A stretch of DNA of 63,249 nucleotides, the filler included, from Folioceros fuciformis (taxonomy: Eukaryota), in the NCBI GenBank assembly GCA_049999805.1. It is 26 parts of 26 records of this genome, joined end to end, with 100 filler letters (N's around TTAATTAATTAA, not from the genome) between each part and the next. Parts side by side here need not be neighbours in the genome. Positions count along the whole stretch, not along the records: positions 34,631 to 38,463 come from JBNGIO010000815.1; positions 38,564 to 40,709 come from JBNGIO010000817.1; positions 40,810 to 41,919 come from JBNGIO010000818.1; positions 42,020 to 43,528 come from JBNGIO010000819.1; positions 43,629 to 44,906 come from JBNGIO010000820.1; positions 45,007 to 46,198 come from JBNGIO010000821.1; positions 46,299 to 48,592 come from JBNGIO010000822.1; positions 48,693 to 51,776 come from JBNGIO010000823.1; 18 more parts are not named here. The stretch is one strand, 5' to 3'. Made by a program: the position numbers and the translations under genes. A model generated the notes under the pieces. It was given only the letters and a program-made list of their open reading frames with translations. It was not told where the DNA came from and searched no databases. The number at the start of each line of letters is the position of its first letter. The first letter of the stretch is position 1. Of this stretch, positions 36,714 through 48,819 are shown piece after piece.

Positions 36714-38463
36714 TGGCGCCGTTGCCGGGGAATGAATAGTTGTTACACACATGGGTGAGTGACTAACAATTGAGGAAGGGCTGGAGGAAGGACTAGTAAG
36801 GCCAAGGGAGCCAAAAGAAGTGGTTGATGGATGCCGCGGGGGAGGGATAGTGATTCAGAGTTTGAGCTGTTGGAACCAGTTGTGGAGAGGCGACAGCGCC
36901 AAGTGGTGGAACAATCCCAGTGAGTGTCTCGAAGATCACAACGTGGGCGTGGGACAGCCGCCAGTTAGGAAGAACCAAAGAGCCCAGCCATCGAGGAAGG
37001 GCGACCGTTGACAGAATTAGTGGAAGTAGAGGAAGAGGTATTTGGTGTTGAATGTTCACGGGAACGACCCTTGGAAGGTGTTGTGAACCAACCAGGCCAA
37101 CCTTGCCGACTTAGACAACCCAATTCTGTTCCGGCGGACTTTGTAGGAATAAAGGTCAGACCTGGAATGGTAGCCGGACAAACTACTGCGGTAGCCCAAA
37201 CCACTGCGCTAGCCATGAATACTGTTCCAGTTGCTGTGACTACTAAGCAGTCATATCCCTTGTATGGAGAGAAGAAAGGATATGAGGACCCTGACGATTT
37301 TGTGGAGCGTTTTGAACATTTAACCATCTCGAATCAGGAGGCGGATGACGCACAGCGCATGCAGCTGTTCTATGGAGTTCTGCGAGGGGCCACCGCCAAA
37401 TGGTACAAGAGGGAGTACTTGAAGACGGCAATGCCCCCGGCCACCTTCGACGCGCTCAAGAGGTCATTTTGTGAGAGATTTCGCGGGGTGGATGTCGAAG
37501 GATATGTCCTGTCCAAATTGAAGAGGTTGCGGCAAAGGAAAAGGGAGACGCTGCAAGCGTATGTGGAGAGGTTCCACAGTCTGCAAGATCGAGCGGGACC
37601 TCATTCGAGCTAATGGCTATTCGATGGCTTGCAAGGGGTCTTGGGTCAGCTATGGGTAGGCACGTGCGTTTGCAAGCGAAGAGGGATCTGGAACGCGCCA
37701 TAAGAGCTGCGCTGAATAATGAGGAATCCAATGCGGAAGTAAAAAAAAAAGCTTGGAAGGAGGAAAAACGGAGTCATGAGGGGAGGAAGAAACATTCAAA
37801 GGGAAAGAAGAAATACTCCTCGGAGGAGGAGAACTCATCGACGGAGGAGGGTTCCTCGAGTGCCGTTTCGGACAGCGCGACCACTGAGGATTCGTCAAGT
37901 TCAGAGGAAGACTCATCGGAGGACGAGAGAAGAAGGAGAAAGCACAGGCAGTCGGGTAAGTCAGGATCGCAAAAAAAATTTGGTCCAGAAACAGGGAGTC
38001 GGGGAGGATCAAGGCAGAGCCTGGGAGTGCGAAGAGAGGGGCTGAGCAAGTGAGCAAGGAGGTAGAGTTGGCAACCAAGAAGGTTGAACAGCAAGGGAAC
38101 AAGATGGGAGAGATTCTGGCCAAACTGGAAAAACTGCAAATCAATGCTGTAAAGGACCATGAGAGGAGGAGGGTCACGACGGGGGGAAGGGCAAATCTTT
38201 TTTGCTCAACATGCGGACAGCAAGGACACTCCAGGGTGAGTTGTTCGTAGGTTAAGGTGCAGATTGTGGAGTACGGAGAAGAGGAGGCTTACTTGGAGGA
38301 CGCCTATCAGATTCAGGAAACGATCCCCATGATGGGATACCCCAAGACGGTCTACCCTCCACATTTACGTAACAATGCACCCATACGAGGACAAACCCCC
38401 AGAAATCCGACGCAGTTGACAACCATCCAGTGCTATAATTGTCGAGGCATAGGGCACTTTGCG
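36714..38463 (+). mobile_element. Athila/Tat-like gypsy: tRNA-Asp PBS (36714-36731) and gag with two zinc knuckles
   Basis: TGGCGCCGTTGCCGGGGA; YPLYGEKKGYEDPDDFVERFE; CSTCGQQGHSRVSC; CYNCRGIGHFA. Confidence 0.88.
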
Positions 38464-38563
38464 NNNNNNNNNNNNNNNNNNNNNNNNNNNNNNNNNNNNN
38501 NNNNNNNTTAATTAATTAANNNNNNNNNNNNNNNNNNNNNNNNNNNNNNNNNNNNNNNNNNNN

Positions 38564-40709
38564 CTCCTCAACTGCCTCAGACTGCTGGTACCTCGATTCG
38601 GGAGCTACCTGCAAGGATAAAGCTTTAATGAGTAATTTCACCTGAACCTCCATAGCTGAAAGAGTGTTGTTAGGTGATGAGCATTCTCACATAGGCTTGA
38701 AGATCCTTTGCACCGACACGTGTGCTTTCCGACTTGCTGATAACAGTATGCTGTATCTCAAGCATGTGCTTTTTGTACCTGCCATGGCCAAGCATTTAAT
38801 ATTAGTAAGCCAGCTTATGAGTCTTCGTCGTTTTGATCTGCTGTTCACATCCACAGGTTGTGTACTTACCATAAAAGGTTCATCTACCCACGTTGTGGCA
38901 AAGGGGGTGCGTTTTAATGATCTGTACAAACTCCATGTGGTTTGTTGCCGTCCTCCTAAGCTGATCAGTCACAGCATTCTTTGGATTCGAGTTTTGCTCC
39001 TCCTTCCCACCATGCTGAGGTTGATGGTTTTGAGGAGGATGCTGCTGCAGAGGGAGCAGAGGGGAATGACCCTGAAGATGCTCCCCCTCCACCATATCCT
39101 CCTCGTTATTCCTTCAGAGACAGGCGGTCAAGAGACAACTGGATTGAGCCTCCTTATCAATTCGTGGATTTTCGTACACATGTAGTAAATGTAACTGACC
39201 TTCATGTTCGTGATGTAAGGCTAGATCCTCAGACTTACACAGAAGCCATCAATGGCTCTGATGGTAAGCAATGGCGGATCTCTATCGATGAAGAGTACAA
39301 CTCCCTTATCAAGAATCATACTTGGGAGCTGGTTGACCTACCTCCTAGAAGACAACCCATCATGTGTAAGTGGGTGTTCAAAACAAAGTTGAAGGCAGAT
39401 GGCACAATTGCGAGGTATAAGTCACGCTTGGTTGCGAGAGGTTTTTCTCAGATACCTGGCATTGACTATGGGGACACTTTCTCCGATGGTTTAGCCTCCC
39501 TCTATGCGTATCTTGCTTGCCATGGCTGCAGAATTCGACCTCGAGCTTCATCAAATGGATGTATGTACAGCCTTCTTACATGGTGAGCTTGAAGAGGTCC
39601 TTTACATGGAGCAGCCTAAAGGGTTTGTAGATAAAAGTTGGCCAAAAAAGGTGTGCAAGTTGTTGAAGACCCTTTATGGTATGAAGCAAAGTCCCCGTGC
39701 CTGGTACAAACGCATTATGAAGTTCTTAAGGAAAAATGGTTTTGTTCAATCACATGCTGACAGCAATGTCTTCTACCTTACTTTTGAGAGTCTGTTTGTG
39801 ATCTTGGCGCTCTATGTGGATGATGCCATCCTAGTCAGTAACAGCCCTTCTAAGCTCAATGAAGTAAAGGCCCTTCTTTGTTCAAAATTTGAGTTGACTG
39901 ATCAGGGCCCTTTTCAGTACTGCCTGGGTATCCAGATTCTGCGTAACAGAGAACAAGGTACTATTATTTTGTATCAAACTAAATACATAAAGGAAATCGT
40001 GAAGCGTTTTAGCTTGGATGCTGCCAAGTCAGTGTCAACACCCTCTGCAGTAGGGGCGAAGCTTACCCGTGAGCAGTCACCTCTTGATGAAGTTGAGCAG
40101 ATGGCTATGTCTGCAGTTCCTTATGCAGGAGCTGTTAGGTGCTTAATCTTCCTAGCTAACTGGACTCGGCCTGACATATAATATGCTATTAGTGTTGTCT
40201 CTCAATTTCTCCAAAATCCTGGCAAGCTCCACTGGGTAGCAATGAAACGTATGTACAGGTACTTGAAGGGGACCATTATCTTGGGGCTGCACCATACTTC
40301 CTCTGGCCGACAAGATTTCACGCTGTCTGCCTTTGCTGATGCCGACTAGGCATCCGATGTTGACTCTCGGAAGAGTATCTCACCATATGTGTTCTTCCTT
40401 GCAAGTGGTGCTGTGAACTGGTCACGCAAGAAGCAAATGTCTTTGGCGTTGTCATCAACTGAGGCTGAGTATAAGGCCCTAACAGACACATGCAAGGAGT
40501 TAGAGTGGGAAAGGCAATTTTTGGATGCAATAAACTTATCCCAATCTGGCCCTACTACTCTTTTATGTGACAATATGTCGGCTATATCACTTGTAGCCAA
40601 TCCAAGGTTCCATGCGAGGACTAAGCATATTGAGTTGTATCATCACTACAGTGATGTGGCTGAAAGGGGGATAGTGCAAGTGCAATATGTTAGTATAGAT
40701 GAGAACACA
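38564..40709 (+). mobile_element. Ty1/copia pol remnant (protease, RT, RNase H) with no integrase
   Basis: WYLDSGAT, then the linker and RYKSRLVARGFSQ, HQMDV, LYVDDA, HARTKHI. Confidence 0.92.
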
Positions 40710-40809
40710 NNNNNNNNNNNNNNNNNNNNNNNNNNNNNNNNNNNNNNNNNNNNTTAATTAATTAANNNNNNNNNNNNNNNNNNNNNNNNNNNNNNNNNNN
40801 NNNNNNNNN

Positions 40810-41919
40810 TGGGTAAGGGCACCGTGCAAATTCAAGTGAATGATTTTACGGCTCGCATTAGGGATGTTCTCCATGTCCCCGGGCTATCCAAAAATCTGCT
40901 CTCTATAAACCAGATTATCTGCCACCCTAACCGCAGAATAACCTTCAACCAACAAGGATGCGTTATCTACACCACTACCTATGAAGGTCATATCAAAACC
41001 ATCCATTGCCCCCGTAAGGGCGGACTTTTCCCGGTAGGTATTGGGATTCCTGCCCCTGAGAAGCCGACAAGTGTTAGTTTGGCTGCTAACCTCAACCATA
41101 GCTCGTTGACCCAGCTCTGGCATTTGAGGCTCGCACATCTACACTATCAAGGAATTAAGCGGATGCAATCTAAGCACATGGTCGAAGGACTACCTCAGAA
41201 GTTTCAGGCAGATCTCCCTTTGTGTGAGGGCTGCTTGTTGGGCAAGCAACATGCCCAACCTTACCCTAGGTCAGCCAGCACCACGACGAGCGTCTTAGAG
41301 CTGGTGCATGCTGACCTCTGTGGCCACATGCGCCACATGCAAACTGAATCCCTCACAGGCAAATTACACATGTTCGTTCTTCTGGACGACTATAGCCACT
41401 ACACCCACCTTTATTTTCTGAGGCACAAGTCCGAAGCATTCGCTTCTTTTCAGCTTTACAAAGCCCTAGTCGAGAATCAGACTGGTAAACTCATCAAGAT
41501 TTTTCGCACGGACAATGCTGGAGAACTCACCTCTCCTGCCTTCGAGAATTTCCTATCGACCCATGGCATCTTACACCAGAAAATTGTGCCCTACGCACAT
41601 CAACAACTAGGGAAAGCGGAACGGAGAAATCGTACCTTGATGGATGCAACAAGGAGCTCCCTAGCCACAACAGGCCTACCTAATGCCTTGTGGGCGGATG
41701 CTGCTGCTGCTGTTTGCTATGTCTAGAACCGATGCGGCACCTCTACGATCCGGGATAAAACACCCTTTGAAATCTGGACAGGCCACAAACCACAGGTCAG
41801 CCACCTTTGAATTTTTGGTTGTCCTGCTTACCGGCATGTCCCACCAGAAGGCCGCCGCAAATTGGATTCCAAATCCGTAAAACTCACCTTTATCGGCTAT
41901 GGAGAACACGAAGGAGTTA
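40810..41919 (+). mobile_element. Ty1/copia protease end, GAG-pre-integrase and integrase
   Basis: LWHLRLAH, CEGC, LELVHADLCG, RTDNAGE and AERRNRTL. Confidence 0.93.
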
Positions 41920-42097
41920 NNNNNNNNNNNNNNNNNNNNNNNNNNNNNNNNNNNNNNNNNNNNTTAATTAATTAANNNNNNNNNNNNNNNNNNNNNNNNN
42001 NNNNNNNNNNNNNNNNNNNTCTAGGCGCACGTGCTGATGGCCCTCTCCTCGGCATCTTGCTGAACAACGCATCTGCGCTCGTGCACGGATCACCAAA

Positions 42098-42301
42098 GCT
42101 CTGATACCAAAATGCGATTCATGATCGCGAGGGGCACGAGCAGGTGTGTGAAGCGGCGATGCTAGGCAAGGACAAGGAAGAGAAGAATAAAAAACGGTTA
42201 TAATTGTTCACGGGAAATTCTACATATATACAAAGCATTTGTAGGTGGTTATAACTGTTCATAAAACCACTAATATCTAGTCAACCTAACTTTAGGTGAC
42301 A
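42098..42301 (-). mobile_element. PBS (42098-42109) plus probable short LTR (boundary uncertain)
   Basis: GCTCTGATACCA followed by AT-rich LTR-like sequence. Confidence 0.6.
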
Positions 42302-42445
42302 CATCTATTTCATTACTTATTTTCCGATTGGAGGCAGGCTTGTGCCCACATGGCCTCACAGGGTCAACTGAAACAAACAAACGGAGACTGTTCAGTGGAT
42401 GAAGCCAACAGCAAAACGAAATCGTGAACAGTTTCTGCAAGCAAA

Positions 42446-43024
42446 TTACTTCACACACAAGAAAGCAGGCTCGAAACAGTTACAGTTCCTCTCTGGCGGG
42501 AAAGTATCGTAGGTGCTGCCAACTCCGGGCGCGTCACCTAAAGTTCCCACAAATCCCCGCTTGGCTAGTTCCTGCACAAGCTGGCGCACATCGTCGAACT
42601 GGAGAGGGAAACCGCGGGGCTCAAGTGGAGGGGTGCTTTCCATCATGTCGCGGAGCTCCAAGACCTTGCACTTTGCCGCCATCAGCGATGCCTGGACTTC
42701 CTCACACTTTTTCAGCGTTTCCAGCATGTGGCAGATGAGATTCCGATCAACATCCGTTGGCCAACCCTCTGGATGCTGAGCCCTCTGTACAGCACAAAGG
42801 GGTGAAGGATCAACCATCTTCATCCGCTCCCGCCTCCGCTTCAGGCTCCGTTCCTCGCTGCTGTCAGCGCTCTCCCTGTCACACATGATGATGCAGACGC
42901 TGCAGATTGTCGCGATTGTTGCCACAACTGCGCACAAAGCTGAGAAAGTGATCAGCACGTTGATCCGTGCCGCAGTGGTGAGCATGTATCCCTCAGTCGG
43001 CATCGCGCCGGTCCTAAATGGCAT
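42446..43024 (-). CDS. Uninterrupted 192-aa ORF, predicted single transmembrane helix plus helical region, function unknown
   Basis: First ATG at 43024. Hydrophobic run VLITFSALCAVVATIATICSVCIIM, basic patch KRRRER, amphipathic segment LETLKKCEEVQASLMAAKCKVLELRDMM. Confidence 0.5.
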   Translation of the reverse strand: MPFRTGAMPTEGYMLTTAARINVLITFSALCAVVATIATICSVCIIMCDRESADSSEERSLKRRRERMKMVDPSPLCAVQRAQHPEGWPTDVDRNLICHMLETLKKCEEVQASLMAAKCKVLELRDMMESTPPLEPRGFPLQFDDVRQLVQELAKRGFVGTLGDAPGVGSTYDTFPPERNCNCFEPAFLCVK

Positions 43025-43628
43025 TTGGTTACGCCCGACGCCATTACGCTCCCTCGAACTGCAGCTGGACAACTCTGTGCGCGCGAGGTCGGGAGTGATG
43101 CTGCCGATCTAGATTCCATGGCTCACGTTTGCGAATGTTTTCCCTGCCGAGCTGAAGAAATCCTTTCGTAATGATTAAACAAGTGGGAGTAATGGATAAA
43201 TGGTGTGTTTTATCATTACTTAAGGGTTTGAGATATTATTCAGTTGCATATATAGTGTGAGTAGGTCAATAGGTTAGAAATAACTACTTACCGTTTCGCT
43301 AGGGTTGTGTCTCTAGTCTTTAAGGTCATGCCTTTTCAGAATTAGATTAAGTTTAGTTGTTTTTTTTTTACATATACACTTCTTGATATACAATGTAATT
43401 ACTTTATGTAATTGATTTACACCTTTTCTTAATTTTGTCAATATATGGAACGTAGAAGTTTACACACCTTTTGAGGATATTTCTTGTCCTCATAGTCCTC
43501 AGGTTGATCCATATAGATTTCTTCTTCTNNNNNNNNNNNNNNNNNNNNNNNNNNNNNNNNNNNNNNNNNNNNTTAATTAATTAANNNNNNNNNNNNNNNN
43601 NNNNNNNNNNNNNNNNNNNNNNNNNNNN

Positions 43629-44906
43629 AAACTTTCTCCTCGTCTATAACAAAACCTTCAGGCTGATGCATGTAAATCTCTTCTTCTAATGTACCAATAA
43701 GAAATGTTGTCTAAACGTCTAGTTGGTGAACGCGAAGACCAAAATGGGCTGCTAGAGATAGCAATATTTTGACTGAAGTAGACTTCACCACACGCGCAAA
43801 TGTCTCATTATAGTCTAACCCAGCAACTTGGCTATATCCTTTAGCTACTAACCTAGATTTGTAGCGGCCAACACTGCCATCTGTGTTGAGTTTCTTTTTA
43901 AAAACCCATTTACAAGCTACTGGTTTACGACCTTCTGGTAAGTCTACGAGTTTCCAAGTACCATTTTCCATTAAAGAGTTGTATTCACACTGTATGGACT
44001 CCTTCCAGAATTCTACCTCAGGGCCTGTGATGGCTTCAAGGTAACTAGTTGGCTCATAAGTGTTAAAGTTTGGAACATGAGTTTTGGAAGCTACACCAGC
44101 AACAAATGGTGGTTTTGTCCACTCATGGCGAGGGGGTCTAGACTTGGTAGACCTGCGAAGGACAGGTGAGGATGGTGTGTCTTCGACAGAAGGAGGATCA
44201 GGGGCTGCAACTAAAGGTAAATCAGGAGGCACTAGAGGATCAACTGCTACAGATTCATCAACAGGAGCAAACTCAGCAGGTAAAGTAGACTCATCTGATT
44301 CAAAAGAAGATGACACAGACTGTGATGGCTGAGGTGATGCTGGTTGGTTGATGTGCCCCCATGAAGCTGAAGGAGTTGTATCCTCAAAATCAAAAACAAC
44401 AACATCAGTGTCCTTACCATCAGCAAAATCAGCGTCGTCATCAACACCATGGATAGTGGCAGGAGGCAACACAGAAGAAGGTTATAACAAGCTGTCATGT
44501 CGACGAAGTAAAGCATTCTCATGGAAAATCACACTGCGTGAATAAGTAACTTGCCGAGTACTGGGATCAAACAGCTTGTAACCCTTCACTTCCTCAGCAT
44601 AGCCAACAAAGATTCGACGAACAGCCTTTGGGTCGAGCTTACGTCTTAGCTGAGAAGGTACAAAGGCATATGCAGGGCTGCCAAAAATCTGCAAGTGAGT
44701 GATGCGTGGCTTCTTGCCTGTCCAACGTTCATATGGTGTAATGAGCCCAAGTTCTTTGGTAGGGAGATGATTCTGCACATAAGTAGCTGCAACGAGAGCT
44801 TCTGCCCAGTAGCCACGAGTCAGTCCAGCCAAAGACAAACTAGAAAGAGTGGCCTCTTGTAAAGTACGATTTTTGCGTTCAGCAAACGCATTCTGGGCAG
44901 GTGTAT
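43629..44906 (-). mobile_element. Ty1/copia integrase C-terminus and RT remnant
   Basis: YWAEAL, RRKLDPKA..IFVGY, CKWVFK..RYKSRLVAKGYSQ. Confidence 0.93.
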
Positions 44907-45006
44907 NNNNNNNNNNNNNNNNNNNNNNNNNNNNNNNNNNNNNNNNNNNNTTAATTAATTAANNNNNNNNNNNNNNNNNNNNNNNNNNNNNNNNNNNNNN
45001 NNNNNN

Positions 45007-45299
45007 TGTTGAGTTATCGAGCTCTATATGAGCTAAACTCATGTGGTGTTAGTTATCCCAGTTGGGTTCATACTAGACTAGTTCTAGTTATTAGTGAACT
45101 TAGGATAGTGTAGATTATCCCATATTGAACCTGGAAGTTGTGTAGCCCTAAATGTACTACTTAAATGGAGACCTCGGACCTCCATAGTAAGACAGTGGTG
45201 ATGTGTATTGTTTTCATGGTTGTGATCACCAATACCACCCTCTCTTCTCTCCTCTCCTCTCCTACACTTGCACGTAGACTGGAGTCAATCCTATTGACA
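45007..45299 (+). mobile_element. LTR family F
   Basis: TGT...TGACA. The last 44 bp or so match 55603-55646 in reverse; both copies abut interrupted copia coding sequence. Confidence 0.75.
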
Positions 45300-46198
45300 G
45301 TCCCGAGGTGGCAGCTCGCAAGGAGGCCACCCAACACAATCTGCAAATAAGAAAAATAAGAAGTTAGGGACTTGCAACTCGTGCAAAATCCCTGGTCACT
45401 GGGAACGGGATTGCAGGAAAAAGCAAGCTAGCCTACCTCGAAAGGAGGGAAGTGCAGAGACCAACGCTGTGGTCAAGAAGCAACCATCACCATCAGCACT
45501 TGTGGTTGGGACAGAGGAGTATATCAATCCCATCTCTTCACCCACATGTCTGTCAGCAAAAACAACTGCTGGTCAGTATACAGAGTGGTAGCTTGATACT
45601 GGGGCCACTGCTCACATGTGCTTCAATAGAAATGCTTTTACAACATATAGATCAGTCAAGGATCAATATGTTTACCTTGGTGACAATAGGTCACTTGTCT
45701 CTCCTGGTAGAGGGACTGTTGAGCTTCCTGTACCGTCAAGAGTCATGCTGTCACTCATAGACGTATACTATGTACCTGAGATGACACACAACCTTATCTC
45801 TGTTAGACGTCTAAACATAGACAACAACAGTCACATTTTGTTTACCAACACAGAGTGTAAGGTGATAGATGCTTTCAATCCCAGCAAAGTTCTAGCTTAC
45901 GGGTCCTCAGAACATGACCTGTTTCATCTGCACACCAAGAGTGGTGCAATTCAGTCCCATCTCACACATAAGGACTCCCTAGCCTCTGCACAACAGATAG
46001 AAAAATCTAAGTTGTGGCATGCTCGATTAGGTCACCCACACAGTAGTAAATTACAGCAACTAGCTACCAGTGACCTATATGCTGATGGTCCAATTGGGAA
46101 GTTAGTTCCCTTACCTTTATGCGAACCCTGTGTCCTTGCTAAACGCCATCCAGCAGCCTTTCGAAACAAGGCTCCACACAGGGCCTCTGAAGTCTTGG
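45300..46198 (+). mobile_element. Ty1/copia gag zinc knuckle, protease and pre-integrase remnant
   Basis: CNSCKIPGHWERDC, LDTGATAHMC and LWHARLGH. Confidence 0.9.
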
Positions 46199-46298
46199 NN
46201 NNNNNNNNNNNNNNNNNNNNNNNNNNNNNNNNNNNNNNNNNNTTAATTAATTAANNNNNNNNNNNNNNNNNNNNNNNNNNNNNNNNNNNNNNNNNNNN

Positions 46299-47035
46299 TA
46301 TGAGGATGACAATGCTGCTCTAGGAGAAGGAGCTATGGGAGACTGTACGCGAAGCTAGGGAGAAGCCCGTAGAAAACTCAGGCGTCTCGAGAGATTGGGT
46401 GAAGAAGAATCGCCATGCATGGAATGTGATTTGTCTTCACTTGAAGAACCCAATTTTTGCGCAAGTTTGTAATTTGGAGAATTCAGCAGAGGTGTGGAGC
46501 ACCTTGGGAGAGCTTTATCAGCGTAAGAACTTTGTGAAGAAAATCTTCCTGAAGAGTAAGCTTTATCGTTTAAAGATGAGTGAAGATGATACTATTACCA
46601 ATCACTTAAGCAACGTAAGGGATTTGACTAATCAGTTAGAGTCTATAGGAGTGAAGCTTGGCAAGGAAGACATTGCTATGGCAATCCTAAATAGCTTGCC
46701 CACATCGTATCAAACTCTTGTTGTTGCTTTGAATGCACGAGCAGAATCAGATGATCACCAATTGACTGTGAAAGAGTTGACCAGTAAATTGCTTCATGAG
46801 GAGCAAAGACAGAAAAATGATGATAAGGTAGACGTAGGTTCCGCCTTGTACTTGAAAGGAAAAGGAAAAGGTCAACATAGCCAAGGATCAGGATCTTCTA
46901 AAGGTAATTATGGCCAAAAAGGTGGAGGATCTAATGAAAAGTCTTCCCACATTAAATCTTATGTTAAGTACACATGTCATTATTGTGGCAAACCTAACCA
47001 TATTGCAAGAGAATGTTGGAAGAAGGCTGCAGATT
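46299..47035 (+). mobile_element. Ty1/copia gag
   Basis: LYRLKMSE..ILNSLPTSY..LLHEE; zinc knuckle CHYCGKPNHIAREC. Confidence 0.92.
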
Positions 47036-48592
47036 TGAGTGAAGCGGATTGCAGGATCGAACGAGGAGGAGATGGAAGCAAGAGAAGAATAGAAAGAATG
47101 CTTGATTGAGGGCCGTGTGGCCTTAAAAGGCGTGCGGGCACCTGTTCGTGGTGACCCGTGAGCGTGGCATTTAATATTTAGGACACGACCCTTAGACGCG
47201 TCTATAGCTATCCATCGTTTGGACTTAATTAATAAACACTGGCTATTTATATAATTATGCGACCCTAACCCTAACTCTATTATATTTATACTCCCACTTA
47301 GACATTTGTTTATTCATTGTTTGCCTTTTATTCCGTTAAGGTTACCACAGTCTCCTGTTAGGTTTCCCCAAGCTGCGGGTGATGGCTGGCCTCGAGCTGG
47401 AGACATCAGTCCTCGGTCTTTGCCTGGTGTTGGTGGCGATGCTCCTGCGGCGCAAGCTACCTTGGACGAGGAGCTCGAGATGGCGCACTCCAAGCTCCGA
47501 ATTGCGTAGGGACTGCCCAACTTGTTCCTGACGCTCCGTTCAAGTACCTGCCAAATTGCATGGACAAATTTATGTATGCCGGCAGCGAGTTCATTGAGGA
47601 CGGGCAGCTGATTGTCAGATATGGTGAGGATCCTGCTGCTTAGTTACTGTCCATTCAGGCTGAATCCTTGCACCCATAGCTGACCCTCTGCTGCTGTGCA
47701 TAGAACCTTGGTGGCGCTGCTCCTCGCAGATGCCCACTCGGCGTTTCTTGCCTGGATAGGAAACTGCAGCCCTTTTTGTTTTAGCTGTCCAAGTGGTTGT
47801 ATCCACTATGCATCTGGGTTGATTACGAGGCCCAATGCCCTAGCAAATTTGTCATGCTTCTCTCTTGGCAGGGCCTTGGTGAGAATATCAGCCACATTCT
47901 CTTTTGTGGGGACATATTGCAAATTTACATGCCCCTCACCTACCACTTGGCGAATAAAGTGATGCTTAATTTCAATATGCTTTGTCCTTGCATGCATTAC
48001 TGGATTTTGTGCTAATGCAATCGCTGACTGGTTGTCACTAAGCAAAAGTGTGGGTTCAGGGGTTCAGGGTGCTGCTCCTCTAATGATGCAAGGAGCTGTC
48101 TTGCATGGAGGATATCTTGTGTAGCTGTTGTTGTGGAGTTGTACTCTGCTTCAATAGATGAGAGGGCCACGACCTGCTGTCTTTTGTTGTGCCAGGCAAT
48201 GATAGTAGAATTATATTCATCCTTGCCTAGCATTAGACAATGTGCTGAAATGGATTTCCTGCAGTATGTGTCTGATGCCCAGTCGGCATCACAGAAACAG
48301 GTTAGCAAAAGTCTTTCAGGTCTCTTGGTGTACATGAGTCCCATGTTTGGGGTCCCTCCCAAATAGCGGAGAATACGTTGTACAGCATGCCAGTGAGCTA
48401 TTCCATAATTACTCAGGAATTGGGATGTGATGCCGACAGAGTGTGCTAACTCTGGTCTCGTCCAATTCCGGAAATATATGCATACTCCCACTGCCAACTT
48501 CTACGGTATTTTCTCCATCTCCAACCTTTCTTGTTATGTTTTAGAACACTGCTCAAGGGATAGCTTGTCTCCCACTACCATAGGAGTTGCAG
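47036..48592 (-). mobile_element. Ty1/copia 3' end nested in gag: RNase H, about 500-bp 3' region, PPT (47291-47299), LTR (about 47040-47290)
   Basis: FCDADWA, HARTKHIEIKHHF, and AAGTGGGAG directly before an AT-rich LTR. Confidence 0.85.
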
Positions 48593-48692
48593 NNNNNNNN
48601 NNNNNNNNNNNNNNNNNNNNNNNNNNNNNNNNNNNNTTAATTAATTAANNNNNNNNNNNNNNNNNNNNNNNNNNNNNNNNNNNNNNNNNNNN

Positions 48693-48785
48693 GAACGAAA
48701 CCCAATGTCTCAACGACAGTGGGATAAGTGTGGCCACTAAAGGTGGAACCCATTGGCAATCTGTGCCCGGGGTTTTGCCTCCACA
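48693..48785 (+). mobile_element. Repeat family E terminus (probable LTR 3' end); second copy at 53070-53206
   Basis: About 90 bp are shared, ending GGTTTTGCCTCCACA, after which the two flanks are unrelated. Confidence 0.7.
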
Positions 48786-48819
48786 GACAGCACCACCTTG
48801 TTCCTGCAGGACAACAAAA

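Noticed and set aside
36714-36731. tRNA genes
   Set aside because: Only 11-18-nt complements of tRNA 3' ends are present, which are primer binding sites.
42446-43024. Retroviral env gene
   Set aside because: It is too short, has no signal peptide or ectodomain layout, and is antisense to the candidate PPT. Kept only as an unknown accessory ORF.
48693-48800. Family E as the gypsy element's own 5' LTR
   Set aside because: No TGG-starting PBS follows the terminus, and the second copy abuts an unrelated copia, so independent insertions are more likely.
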